Positions 24,882 through 39,002 of a stretch of DNA of 64,000 nt are shown here, piece after piece. The stretch comes from Nemertoderma westbladi (taxonomy: Eukaryota; Animalia; Xenacoelomorpha), in the NCBI GenBank assembly GCA_032718475.1, contig JAUCBJ010008261.1:1-64000 (forward strand), in the 5' to 3' direction. Within the stretch, counting starts at the first letter, position 1, and each line of letters starts with the position of its first letter. The position numbers and the translations under genes were made by a program. The notes under the pieces were generated by a model. That model saw only the letters and a program-made list of their open reading frames with translations, was not told where the DNA came from and made no database searches.

Positions 24882-27705
24882 GGCGAGTGTGCATAAAACT
24901 CACGATTAATCGCCATCGTACGAGCAATTATCTTTTGTACTATTTTTACGATTAATCGTATGTTTGATGTGAATAAAATCGCACGTTGTCAAGATTGATC
25001 GTAGAAATTTGACGATTAATCGTGAAAAAGATTAATCATATTGCTATTGTGAATAAAATGTATCTTTACTACGATTAATCGTAAATAATTAAAGATCAAT
25101 CGTAGGTTGAAATTACGCCGTGTCCGTGACAACAACATTGCACGCTCGTCGCGGGTCGTCGCGCAGCACGAGACTCAGTTATTCGGAGTTAGTTAGTAAT
25201 TCGGAAATCACAACCCTAGACTAAAACTGTCTTTAACCCCACCCAACCCTACCTACACTATAAAATGAGACTGTTATAACATATTGCTCTCATTTACTTA
25301 AATTTTAAGTAAATTATTCATTTTATTTCCAGTAATTTTTTTATGTTATTGTACAGTAATTTGAATTGTTGTTTTGTAAATTTATTTTTTTATACCCGGC
25401 CCCGGCCTAAAGCAATTCCCCCGGCCCCGACCCCCGGTCGTTCACTACTGAGAACGAAAACAATAAATAAAAATAATAGACTCTACAGTAATAGGCAGGG
25501 AATGCAGGCTGGCTGGCTAAGAATATAAATAATCCATGTCTTGTCCTACAGAAGTTTCATACCCACCCCAGTCATTTATCCTAATTTACATTTTTTAAGC
25601 ATATCATAAAATGTGCTGTAAGAGCTAGAATAGATAGAAACCACTGTAATTTTAGAAAACGTTTGATTTATAATCAGTTTCAGAATGTCTAAGAATAGAG
25701 CTTCGTCCAATTATTATCTAGTCTAATTTAATCTACTCTGTCTGTCAGTCGGATTGTCTGCCTGACAGTCATACATTGTGACGATCAGATTCATAGGCAG
25801 AGATTCCACGATTACTCTGGAATTAAATTATATATCTCTACTAAGCCGTTTTAAGATTTGAAATACTCATTAAATTCTACTCTAGATGAAATAAAAAAAA
25901 CAAATATCTGAAACTTTGACTCTAGGGTGGCTACTCCCTTAATGAAATATTAAGTTCTTTTATCTCCCGATTTTCGGGTAATTCGAGCGAAAAAAGTAAA
26001 ATAAGTAAAATAATGTTACTTAAATACTGTAATGCGCTACCCCGGCTGTTCTCTATATCGACCTCTAATTACTCAATAAAGTCTGTAGAATTCCGCATTT
26101 CTGTGGGGCGCCGAGGCAAATTGACGCAACTAATGCTGATTTTATTACCACAACCTTTGCAATTAAACTCTCTTAGTTTTTCGCAGAAGCGAGCTCGAGT
26201 GCAGGAGTATTATGGACTCTAGTTGTTGATGTTATTTTATATTCAAGTTTGAGTTACATTGTTTGTTCGATTGCATGTTGTGTGTTGCATCTTTTATATT
26301 TTTTATTCCACTATCGCAAATATGTTACCAGCTTGACTGGTTCCCATCCGAATGACATGTACGTAATTAGAAACTGATGTTCTAATGATTAATAAATTAT
26401 TGTAGAAATTACCATAAAAAAGCTAAACTTGTTTAAAAAAGACAAAAATGGCCACATTTATTAAAACATATTAATATTAGCCAATTACTTTGCTTTATTT
26501 AAGGGGGGGAGGGGGGGGGGGGGGGGGGGGGGGTATACCCTCCCTAAGGTAAAATTTTCAAATTATTGTTTCTTTATTTCACCTAGATCAGAATTTCATG
26601 AGGATTACAACAGCTTAGTGAGACCTCTTTCAGTTCTCGAGTTATCACTGTTTTTCCGTATGACGGTCTGTCAAATTGTAAGAAAGACAACAGACTGACA
26701 GATAGACTAGATTCCACCAAAAATTTAAACTGACATTGGAATTGAAATCAGCGACCCCGAAAACCCCAGTAATGAACATTTTAGCTTGTTTGTGTGCATC
26801 CTTCGTGCCAGAAATAATTAACCAACCAGAACACAGACAGCCAATGTTGGCGGGACGGTTTAAACTTTGAAGGGCATTTTCTCGGAATGACATTTTTAAT
26901 TTTCGAATTACTACTCCTCCGTCATTTTTCAACCAATTTCTTCGTTTATGGCTCATTCGAACGAGCTTTGGAAGCTCTTTAAAAGTTATCTTATGGAATT
27001 TTGATAAATATAACCATTTTTTCTAATTAGCCATTTTTAATTAAAAATATGATTAATTAAAATAATTAATTAAAATAATTAATTAAAATAATAAATTAAA
27101 ATAATTAATTAAAATAATTAATTAAAATAAAATTGGCTAATTAAAAATTCTATAAGATAACTTTTGTAGAGTCGATCACGCTGAGTCCTAAAAAGTTGGT
27201 TTCAAGAAATTTGGACCAAAATTGAGGGACTAGTAGCAATTTAAGTGAAATCTTTAATTCCGCCGCAAGCCGCTAGGGGGAGGCTACAAATTTTCAAATT
27301 TTACTATAAAGGCTATTTCGCCTTCCATACAGTGGTTGACCATGACAAAATAGCAATATTATCATTTTACAGTAATTGACAGCCGTTTTAAAAAAAGGTT
27401 CATGGGGGGTATACCCCCCCTTAAGCTACGACACAAAATGTGAGTTGCCGTAAATATATGAAGGATTTCTAATACGTACGATCAATATTTACGACAACGA
27501 TCGTTCGTAAAATTTTATTCACATCAGCGTATTTTTATTTCCGTCATAAAATACGATTAATCGTAAAAATCGTACGATTAATCGTAAATGCCTTTATTCA
27601 CAGTGCAGTAAAAATATTTTGTTTTTACGAACAATATCATTCGTAAATATATTTACGATTAATCTTAACATGATACGATTTATCTTAAAGTTATTCACAC
27701 TCGCC
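24882..27705. mobile_element. Non-autonomous PIF/Harbinger element (copy A)
   Basis: TIR GGCGAGTGTG(C/A)ATAA...TTATTCACACTCGCC. CTG at 24879-24881 and 27706-27708. Many subterminal ACGATTAATCGT palindromes. Ends nearly identical to copy B. Confidence 0.88.
26503..27420. mobile_element. Kolobok-like MITE
   Basis: TTAA at 26499-26502 and 27421-27424. G-rich/C-rich termini with gggtataccc palindromes. Absent at the equivalent position of Harbinger copy B (~53450-53460). Confidence 0.72.
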
Positions 27706-28030
27706 CTGGGCGAGTGTGAATAAAACTCACGATTAATCGCCATCGTACGATCAATTCTAATTTGTACTATTTTTACGATTAATCGTTGCAAAGATTATTC
27801 GTATGTTTGATGTGAATAAAATCGCACGTTGTCAAGATTGATCGTAGAAATTTGACGATTAATCGTGAAAAAGATTAATCATATTGCTATTGTGAATAAA
27901 ACGTATCTTCACTACGATTAATCGGGATGATTCTAAATTAGGAAAACACTAGTAAAACAGTAAAACACTAGGAAAACATAGGAAGAGTACTGTAAAACAC
28001 ACGGAAAACAGTGAAAATATTGATCAGCAG

Positions 28031-29183
28031 TGTAAAAGCTTTTGCGTAATTAACCGGTTATTTTCCCGTAAAGTACTCTGTAGTTGGTTTACCAGGCATA
28101 AAAAGGCCGTGTCCTTACTGTATTGGTGTTTTAGAGGACATAAAAGTCATTTCTTCTGTATGTGTACTTTAGAGGACATAATCCGCAATTTCGTGACGCA
28201 ATAAGCTGGATACTCTTGAAAACAGTGTCGCTACCATGACGACGGCTAACAGCTGATATTGCCACGTCGAACATTTCTTTGTTCTTTGTTCTCTCTTTGT
28301 ACGGTCGACCAATCAGAGCGTTTTTTGTCTCTGTGTTGGAGGTTGGATACAGAAACTCAGGAATTCAGTGTTATGTTTTTGCCCAGAGCCTAAGAACACC
28401 GGCTTTTGGCACCTCCGTGTTTCAGTCTTTAGCTTAACATTAGTAGGCTTAATTATAGAACGTATATCTGTTATCAATGCAATTCATACCTCACTCTAAT
28501 AATCATTTATACCTTAACATTACTGCTTTTGCTGTTGGTTATTCATTATATTTGTTGATGAAATATTATATCGGAATACTGATCAATAGTCAGACACCCC
28601 AATCTTCTTGATATACTAAAGGTTAGAGAGACCGGTTACATATAAACGATTGCGACCTATGTTAAGTGGTTTGAAGTGAATCTAATGCTATTTCATAGGC
28701 CCTACATAAATTGTATGTTGCTCTCTTTATACGTGACTAAATTTAGTGAAGGTCGGCAGATTAGTGTGCAGTATTGTGCAGCATTGTGTATGATTGTAAC
28801 TGATAACAAAGCATCTCCTAAAGAATGCGCCATATACGTGAATCTATAGCCATTTCGTTGTGTCTAGTTTAAGTCATAACTCTGTTTACATATTTAGAGC
28901 GCCACGTCCTAAAGGAACTGTTAATATTTCCCGAAAGTGAATAATATTTGTCAGAGATTATATATTACGATCAGTCGAATAGTACAGTAGGCTTACACCA
29001 TCAATCAAGTTAAGCTTCCGAATTCAGTCTCCCGGGTATATCCAGCGGGTGAATGATTGCGCATAGACTGGCTTCGGCTAATGTAGTGTATCAAATACTC
29101 GTCATAGGCTAAAGACTATCTATCATCTAAAAGACATCCTAATTTGGCAGGTTAAACTGTCAAAGGTCTTAAAAGCGCAAACA
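28031..29183 (+). repeat. 5' LTR (1153 bp)
   Basis: Direct repeat of 47883-49037; about 16 differences by manual comparison. Confidence 0.95.
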
Positions 29184-29461
29184 ATAACAGATATTGCTTC
29201 TAGATTGCGGTGTAAGCAATCTAGTCGAAAGTACCGGTCGACCGGTAACCAGTAGGCCTGACTGCCTGATCATCCGGACCGGTACCTACAGCAGTACAGG
29301 TACAGCAGTATTATTCGATTGTGAAATTGTATACCGGTAGGCTGTTTAAGAGATTAGGGACTGTACACCCCTTGTTTCTTTTGGAGCTTACTTATTTCTG
29401 TCAGTTTTATTTATTTGTAGGCCAGTATTGAGCAGAAGGCGTGTAAGCCTGCTCAGATTGT

Positions 29462-30035
29462 ACAGATAATTTGTAGGCTTGACTGTTGTCTAACTGTTGT
29501 TAAGTCTGAACGGATTGCAGTGTGTGTAGAGCATCTGTCCGATAAAGTGCTAGTTAGGAAAGTAGGGGCTTCAAGTGCTGTGAGGTAAACCCCCTGTGAA
29601 AGAATAAGTCGTACTACTGGGTTAGAACGCATACTAACTAATCATTTCGGAGTCTGCATATACTGTAGTGTATTTGGGCTTGATAGTAGTCTGCCATCGT
29701 TTGGTCTGTACTTTGTTTGTGTAGTCTGTACGGGTAGCGTATAATTTTATTTAGATAATTTGTAGGCTGGATAGTTGTCTGGCTGTTGTTGGGTTTGAGG
29801 AAATTTCGGTGTGTGTAGAGCATCTGTCCGATAAAGTGCTAGTTGGGAACGTAGGGGCTTCAAGTGCTGTGAGGTAAACCCCCTGTGAAAGAATAAGTCG
29901 TACTACTAGGTTAGAACGCATACTAACTAATCATTTCGGAGTCTGCATATACCGTAGTTTGTTTAGGCTTGATAGTAGTCTGTCAGTATTTAGTCTGCAT
30001 TTTGTTTGAGTAGTTTGTACGCGTAGCGTAATATT
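29462..30035 (+). repeat. ~290-bp tandem duplication in the 5' leader of the BEL element
   Basis: agataatttgtaggct...gagcatctgtccgataaagtgctagtt...cggagtctgcatatac occurs twice, 290 bp apart. Confidence 0.85.
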
Positions 30036-31375
30036 TATTATTCAGAGTTTATGCGATTATTCGCAACATTCATATCCCCAAGTTTATTCCTACAGTAATT
30101 GTGTTTGTTATACATACCGTTATAGTTAAACTAACCTCGGTACTACATCAGGGCTGCTCGGCGTAGGTAAAGACTGGAGATTTTATGCTTTGGTCACTCC
30201 GGCAGATACCGTGGTTCTTTTAACTGTTCAAGTATTTTTAACTACTGATTATTTGTTGTACAAGTACTTGTACCTAATTTAGGGTTTAGTGTACAGTACT
30301 TTCCGAAGGTGATTAGTGTGTGGGCAGTATATTTGTGTTGTAAAGTGGTTAATAGGCACGTTGGTTCTGGTAGACCGCGGTAATTAATCTCTGGGTAGGA
30401 ACACTCCGTGATACATAACGTAGTACCTATAGCGATACGGCTATAGGTCGTCAGACGGTGGTATTTTCCTATCTGGACAACGCAGTATATTTACTACTAC
30501 TTATTATTTTCAAATACCGTAGTAACCTGTCCGTTGTAATAACCAGATATTCTAACCCTTTGTTAGGCTGGTTAGTAGACTTCTTGTAAAATTACCCTAA
30601 AAATTCGTATTTGTGTATTTGTAATTAAATTTTTGTGTTTATTTAGAGATTGTAATCTCAACCCAAATTGTACGTAATTTGTAGTATTAAGTAACTTAGG
30701 TAAATTAGAATTATTTGTTTTAGTGTCTAACAAGTAGCACTCCACTGAGAGCTCACAGCTTATGTGTGGTGACTCCCCCAGAAATAATAACATTTATTTC
30801 AAACATTGACAAAACCCATTAAACGGGTATATATATATTATAAATCAACTCAAACGATTTATAAATAGTAGGCCTGCCATACAACAATTAGGTCTCAATA
30901 TCAGTTGGACTACTGCTTAAATAACGGTAATAAAGTAAGTTAAAGTAACCAAGTAACCCTTAAAATTCAGAAATTCAATTATTTAAATAATTGATATACC
31001 GGTATTTACAATAGGCCTATTATCTTTATTTCTATAAATTTAGGCTGAAATTATACCGGTATTCTGTAATTAATTCTAGTCTGTAATTATACTTATATAT
31101 ATACATTATAAGTGTAAGCTGTATACCGGTATTCACGATAGGCCTATTATATATATAAATTTAGGCTGAAATCATACCGGTATTCTGTAATTAATTCTAG
31201 TTACTAATAATACTTATATATACTATAAGCATACCGGTATTCTAATATTATATATATATCACGCTACACTGAGTAGCAGTATCGGTAATTAATTACTAGG
31301 CTAGCAGTTAATGCTGAATTACTAGACTTGCTTAGACTGTAATATAGCAGTAGGCATTCAACTGTGCAAACAAAC

Positions 31376-34300
31376 ATGTCTGATACTAAGCAGAACCTGT
31401 CAGACAGTTTATTAGATGTAACTATCTGCGACTCAGATAAGGGTGTAGAACCGTCTACACCTAAGTTCAGTTCACCTCCCACTGTGAGGAAGGTCATCCC
31501 TCCAGTAGTAATATCAGAACCTAGGCTGGTCCAACATCGTAGGTCTATCATAGGCACTCGAGCTCAGGTCAAGCAGGACCAAGAAGCAGCGGAACAGCAA
31601 CAACCCGCGAGCCAAGAACTTATTTCTCAGCGGCCCGACAGCTCCAGTAGTGAGGATACTGTAGAGCTGACACCCGAGCGCGGAGCAAAGATGACGGATG
31701 CGGTTTATTCGGATCCCCTTCTCATCCTGCCTGCAGCCGTACTCACTAGGATATTGATCGCGGTGGAAGAACACCAGATCGATTGGGAGTGAAGTCAGCG
31801 ATCAACTAAAGATAGTTATGCGGGATACACAAGGGAAGAACTGAAGTCTATTGTCGAGTCGCAATGGAACTTCCCCGGACCCGGACTCCCGTTTGATTTA
31901 TCAGAAGCTGCCTGGGAAGACATACACCGGATGGGAGTAACCAAGGAAACCATCGATCCAGCTGTGTGGAAGAGGTCCGCAGCCGGATACGCACAGGGAT
32001 TCTTAAGCTCTATGGAGCGACTAAAAGAACAACTGTTTCAACAACCACAAGGACCTCAAGAGCAGGGACAACTGCTTTATCAAGTTAGAGAAAGAATTCT
32101 GCGAATCAGGCTAATCTTATCGGCCTTTGAAGAGGCTTCTAAAAGAAGACAAGACACGTCGTTGCAAGTTGCTGTAAAGACTTGGTTTCAGCGGGTGAGT
32201 CTCCAGGTTCAAGGAACAGCTCAGTGGAAAGCTCAGCTGGAGGAGCGCTCAACCCATGGAGAATCAACAGACGCTACTTTTTCCCAAGTGGAAAGTGAAG
32301 CGACGGCAGAGAAACCGCATAAGAGGGATGCCATTGACATCTATCTGTCAGACTATCAGCGTTTTTTAGGAGATGAAGAGTTGAGGAGAAGGTTAGATGG
32401 ACTTAGCCCTAATAGTGAAGGAGCCCAGCGTATGTTGGACGCAATTGATGTGGATAGGATAGCTGCGAACCAAGCTAAATTTGATGAAAGTATCCGCATC
32501 GCTAAGGTTCAAGAAGAACAAGTAAAGAAAAAACGTATAGAAGATAGAAAGACAGCGGCAGTGGCAGCAGCAGTGGCAGAGGCAGAAGCGGAAAGAAAAG
32601 CGGCAGCAGCAGTGGCAGCGGCAGAAGCAGAAAGAAAAGCGGCAGTGGCAGTGGCAGTGGCAGAGGCCGAAGCGGAAAGGAAAGCGGCATCGGCAGTGGC
32701 AGAGGCCGAAGCGGAAAGAAAAGCGGCACTGGCAACAGCAGAGGCAGTGGCAGAAGCAGAACAGAGGGCATCTGCAGAGGCAACCCAACTAGAGTTGGAA
32801 AATCTTCAAGAGAGGCAAGACAACTTCAATAAACAGTTAACAGCTAGTAATATGCAGATGATGAGTCGATCTACTCCCAAAAGACAGGGGTATACATCAT
32901 CTGAGGAAGGCGATACTACCGATCCTGAAGGCGGAGGAAATCAATCTCGCCTAAGCAGACGTAAAAGAATGTCCCACCGTCAGAAATTGCCTGAATTGCC
33001 TCCAGCTGTTAGAAGGCAACTAAATAACACCAACTTAGGTAGTACAGAACCCACAGACCAAATAATTACAATAGAAAGACTCCCTACTATAGTAGATGAG
33101 CCTGAAATAATTAGGCCTGTTCTTGAAATCACCCCTTCGGTGATAGAGACACCTGTGCTCCCTGAACCTACCTCTAAATTCCCTCTGCACAGCACTAAGC
33201 TACCTGTGCCCAGTAGAACAGCCCATGAGACAGTTCAGGTCCTGGACTCCGAGCGAAATATTCATGATTTGTCGCCCGTTGTCCCTCGTCCGCCCGCTAC
33301 AACGTTGACGAATCCCGCTTCGGCGGTCAAATGGGTGGATGAGAGACGACGGGGGATGGATCTCCTGCTCGGACAGATGCAGGAGACCGTTCAGCAATTC
33401 AAGGGCACAGTAAGGGAAAGTAGGTTAGAGTTGCAAGAAGTGCAGCAAAGTATCGCGCTAGAACGCGATAAATTAGTAAATACACAAAGGGGTATACCAC
33501 CACCCCCTGTAACAATGTGTCAACCTGTTAGGTCTGAAGTATCTCATGCGTAAGGTGTGGAGCCTACACGCATCTATACTGCTAGCGAAGTAGAAACTCC
33601 TATAGTGAACCCTATTAAGGGTAATTATAGACCTGTTGATAATGACATTCCCTATAGACCTGATCATAATCCGAGAAATTTATATACCGATAACTCGATA
33701 TTAAATAACACGATGGCCCAAGAAAGTTTTACGCGTCAAATGGCTAGAACCGAAGCCCGGCAAGCGGTAAAGGTGGGAGAGATAGTCAAGTTCAATGGAG
33801 ATGAGATGAAATGGTTACCTTTTAATGAATATTATAAAGATAACATACAGAACTCTGTACTATCTAATGGAGAGAAACTTAGATTCCTCATCGAGTGCTT
33901 GGAAGGATCTCCCAAGTTAATGGCGTTAAAGTTTATTGGACATCCAGATGGATTAAGACAAGTTTGGGATACACTAAACATCAGGTATGGTAATAGGAAT
34001 AACATAGCTAAATATTTGTATGCAAAATTAGTAGCGCCCCGAAAGTTCATTAGCAGCGGGATAATGGAGTTTTCCGATGAGATTCAAGAGATCTGTAGAC
34101 AATTAGATTGGTTAGGTAAGTCTCATGAATATCAGAGTTCTATGGTTATTGGAGCCGTGGCTTCTACTTTACCGAAGGGTGGAGTAGGTACACGCTGGGA
34201 TAAGAAAGTGTTATATATGATGGAACAACAACGACGAGACCCTACCATGGCTGATCTCATGTTATTCCTAGATGGAGAAGTGAAATTACAGCTCCTAAAA

Positions 34301-37300
34301 CTGTCCAGAGAGAAGACACCGGAAAACAAGGTAAGTGAAAAACCCGTCTCTAGGAGAAAGGTAACACCAGTGTGTTATACAGACGACGGCGAAAGCCAGA
34401 CTTCTCAAGGAGAGGATAGCGGGAAAGACACTGACAGATCTTATTATGTCAATAAAATGCCTAAAGATCAGGTAAGTAAATTCAAGTCTCGAACCAATGA
34501 CAGGAGAGAACAGGTAAGAAAAACTCCTCCTACGTCTCCTAAGAGAATTCAGGTGAGAAAGCCCGAAGAAAAAACAAGTGTACACAATGTTACTCAAAGT
34601 AAGGTAAGTAACATCAAACCGAAATGTGCGCTATGTGACGGGACCCATCGCTTGAATATGTGTGATGAATTCCTAAAGAAATCATTAACTGAGAGACGGG
34701 AAGTCATGTGGGATAAGCGGTTGTGTTATAATTGCCTCAGACAAGGACACCAACGACGAACCTGTTACTCCGACACAAGGTGTGCAAAGTGCGGTGCGAA
34801 ACATCATATCTTGTTGCACACTGAATTCGAGCGAAATAGTCCGAGTCAGGTAAGTGATTCTGAACTACATGTCCAATTCAGTGATGTGAACGACACTGAT
34901 CAATCTGAGATGGAAGGATTCTATACGGACGAGTTCTCCGACGAAAACGAATCCTGTTACATGATAAATACCGCAGTGTATCGAGCACTCACTTATGAAA
35001 AAGATACAGAAAGTGACCTCACTCTAACTACTTCTGATCGACAACCATTTTGGAAAGCGCCAACTTCCAATGTAGGGATTAGAGAATTTCCTGTGGTACA
35101 GGTAAGGGTCCACGGACCAAAAAGGAGTTATGTAGTGAACGCCCTCCTTGACTCCGGTAGTACAGGAACATTCATCGACAAAGAGCTAGCCGAAGACATA
35201 TTTGCTGGACAAACCAAGTTCCGAACTAAGCTAAACATGTCAGGAATTATGCAGGTTTGGAAATCTACAGTAACAGCGGATTATTATGTAGGTGCGTTGT
35301 CCACCCCCCAGGACGAACTAGGAGAACATAGCATAAGGTCAGTGAAAATGGTGGCAATAAAGAACTTCGCTACCACTCAAGTGGAACCTTATAACTGGGA
35401 CGAGGACGATTTCACCCAGCAGATGGAAATACCTAGATTCGACACCGATTACCCTGGAGTGCAAATACTCATCGGTCAAAACGCGCATGAAGCGCTCGAG
35501 ACATTGGAGAAACGGCCCGCTCAACCGCAACCATTACAACCTTATGCGGTAAGAACTAGAGTGGGTTGGTACTCTACTGGCCCTTCCCGTAGAACTCTCA
35601 TGGAAAGATTACCGAAAGATCAGGTATATCAAGTGCGAGAATGGGAAGTTGAGAACAGTGAGTTAGACGATCCAACTGAGGGAACTCCATACTCCTCAGA
35701 CAACGACGATATACATCAACTCTTCGATGAGGAGAATGCCATCGATCTCCTTAAGGAAAGCGAGACTTGGCAAAATCAAGTGAACTTATGTCAACTCCTT
35801 CTCCCATCAGAGCGAGACGACTATAACGACGAGCTTAATGACGTCATTGAACGTTATAATGCCAAGACTCGGGATGAACACGCCGTAAGATTCTTTACTC
35901 AAGAGGTTGTAGAGCCCAACTCCTACGATAAGGCCCTATCGGTGGAGGAAGAAAGAGCCAAGCAGATCCAAGCGACAACTACTCGTTTTCTTAAAGATCA
36001 AGGTAGGTATGAGATCGGACTTCCTTTCCGAAAGCGAGAACCAAAGTTCATTAACAACAGACCTTTGGCGGAGAAAAGAATTGCTCAACTACATCGACGC
36101 CTTACGGCAAATTCTTCAGCTAAAGAAATGTATCAAACGCAGTTGAAGAAGTTTATTAGCAAGGGATATGCGGAGCTAGTACCGGAAGAAACACCTATAA
36201 CTGAGAGAACGTATTATTTAACTCACCATTACGTTCCCAAACCCGGTAAACCCCATGAAGTACGAGTGGTGTTTGACGGTTCCGCCCTTTATATGGGCCA
36301 ATCTCTTAATTCTGAATTGTTACCCGGACCCAACTTACTCCAATCCTTGTTGGGAATACTATTAAGATTAAGACAATATTCCATTGCTTTCGCCTCAGAT
36401 ATAGAAGGCATGTTCTTGCAAGTCAAAGCGCTGGATAGGGATCGAGATAGCCTACGATTTTTGTGGTGGCCTGAAGGAGACCTCAACAAGAAACCGGTGG
36501 AGTACTGGATGACCATCCAAGCCTTTGGGATAATCTCGAGCCCTTCAAACGCCTGTTCCGTGGTGCGCACCATTGCGGATGACAACCGAGACGCCTTCTC
36601 TAAAGAGGTGATCGACAATATCAAACGTACGTATTCATATCAACTCCATGTGTTTGGAGACGCCAGCGATATGGGAATAGGTATAGTAGCCTACCTAAGG
36701 GTGGAAACTCCGGACGGAATCAAAGTCGCCTTGGTTACCTCTAAGGCATTGATAAACAACAAGTTGAAAGTTCCTCGAGCGGAGTTAAAATCGGCTCTAT
36801 ACGCTACAGCCATCGGCCGGAATGTAACAGAACAGATCGACTATCCCCTGGAGAAAACTGTCTATTGGACCGACGCTTTACTCGTGTTGGAGTATATAAC
36901 CAATGAAGTCTGTCAGTTCAGCGTCATCGTTACCAACAGAGTAGCTATTATACTCAGTCGCACGACAATGGATCAATGGAGACATTGCCCCGGAACGATT
37001 AATCCAGCGGACATCGCTTCCAGGGGAGCAACTCCACAAGAACTGGTAGATACTCCAGACTGGTTAGGTGGACCCGACTTCCTCTACAAAGAAGAAGAAG
37101 AATGGCCTCCTCATCTTACTACAGCAGAGATTAGACAGGCCAAGGGAGCGGAGAAAGTCAAACCTAAAACTCAGGCGAGTAAATCGAAGTTATTCAAACC
37201 CACAGTAGATCTGTCTGTACTACATACTTCCGGAGAACACGCTTTGGATCAGAAACCCACAGCCACAAATAAACCCGTTGTGGAAATCCGTGATAAGGAT

Positions 37301-37390
37301 TGGAAATCTGGCATACCAGACGTCTCGCAAGGACTCTCACCTCTTCTGCAGAGCGATACATCACTACAGTTCCTGGAATCGGCTCTGTAA
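31376..37390 (+). pseudogene. BEL/Pao Gag-Pol polyprotein (N-terminal extension, Gag, protease, partial RT, RNase H)
   Basis: Three ORF-track ORFs share one frame, separated only by TGA 31790 and TAA 33551. Motifs: KFNGDEMKWLPF...EKLRFL (DUF1759-like); CALC..H..C, CYNCLRQGHQRRTC, CAKCGAKHHILLH; ALLDSGS; VRVVFDGS, SDIEGMFLQV, FGIISSP; LHVFGDAS, PRAEL, YWTD, NPADIASRG. Confidence 0.92.
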
Positions 37391-39002
37391 GGCCGTTACA
37401 TATTTAAAGAGATGTTTTCACCATCACTACTCTGGGATGAAAACAAAGGGTGATACCGCTCCAATCACAACAGTGCAGGTCCATGTTATTAAAGATCTTC
37501 CCAAATATAAGATACCCGACAGGTTTCTGAAGGAGAAGATCAGTTATCAGGAGCATGAAGAAACCAACAAACAGATGCTGAGACTCTTGCAATGCTATGA
37601 AGATTCCGATAAGTATTTCCTGTTGTTGAGAAATCCACAGATGCGCTTAAGGGATCGTTTCTCTAGCACAATGATAGATGGGTTGATACGTGTTGGAGGA
37701 AGGTTAACGGATGCCCCATTATCCTTTGATACTAAGTTCCCCATACTCATTAGAAATCTTGAAATACAAGTCAAGATGATTGTAGATGTTCACAGCAAAC
37801 TTTATCATGCTGGTAGAGAACGAGTTCTTAGCGAAATTCGAACTCGCTATTATTTTTATAAACCCCGTAGAGCTCTGAACCAAGTTCTTAGGAACTGTAT
37901 ACCCTGTAGGAAAGCATTCAGTAGGCCTTTAACACAGCGAGAGGCAGAATTACCTAGGGAACGAGTAAGCTTTTATGAACCACCCTTTACTAATACCGGT
38001 GTGGATTTATTTGGCCCTATTGAAGTATATCGTGCTAGGACTATAGTCAAGAGATGGTGTGTAATCTTTGTTTGTATGACTTGTAGAGCCATCCATCTCG
38101 ATATGGTGAACGATTTATCTACCAACAGCTTTCTATTAAGCTTACGACGACAGATCGCTCGCTTTGGCACTAGTAACACGATGAGATCTGATAAGGGAAC
38201 AAACTTCATTGGTGCCAACAATGAAATCAAAGCTTACGTCAAAAATTGGAACCAAAGACAGGTGGACGACCAACTACGAGTAACAGCGTCTAGTTGGACC
38301 TTCAACGCCGCCGACGCCCCTTGGTGGGGAGGAAGTTGGGAGAGATTAATAAGAAGTGTGAAGACAGCATTTCATTTTATAGTGCCTTGCCGCGCTTATC
38401 TCACCGACGAACTTTTGCGGACGTTAATGGAAGAAATCGCCGCCTATCTCAACGAGAGACCGCTTATGCCAGTCTCATCGAGTCCCGATTCCCTGGAAGC
38501 GCTAACACCCGCGCACTTCCTACTGAAGAAACCTGTAGCCATGCTCCCACAATCGGAAATCACAGACGGAGACGAATACTGCCGACAAACTTGGCAACTC
38601 ATGCAGTTGTTATCCCGTCGTTTCGCTGACCATTTCGAAAAACATTATCTGCCCACGCTACAACTTCGAACTAAGTGGTTTGCGCAGCAAGAAAACGTCA
38701 GCGCTGGAGACATGGTTCTTATTGTGGATGTAGATCTTCCACGTAAGCGGTGGCAGACAGGTCGTATAATCGAGACCCACATCTCGGATGACGGTTTGGT
38801 GCGATCGGTAGAACTCGTCGTCATGCGACGTAACTTCAAGAAACCGGGAATTGTCTTCGAGACACAGCAGCTCAATCGCCCAGTTGGTCGCTTATGTTTA
38901 CTGGAAAGAGACAGAGAACTCTCCGGAAACTATGGGAGACAAGATACTCTTCCCACGACCACCTCCCTAATCCAACAAACATCTAGGGACTCCCCAACTT
39001 AA
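37350..39002 (+). pseudogene. BEL/Pao integrase (frameshifted from the upstream Pol)
   Basis: YSSWNRL, RVGGRL, HSKLYHAG...CIPC (HHCC), GVDLFGP, SDKGTNF, GGSWERL, NERPL, LTPAHFL. The frame change near 37350 is probably a post-insertion indel. Confidence 0.92.
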
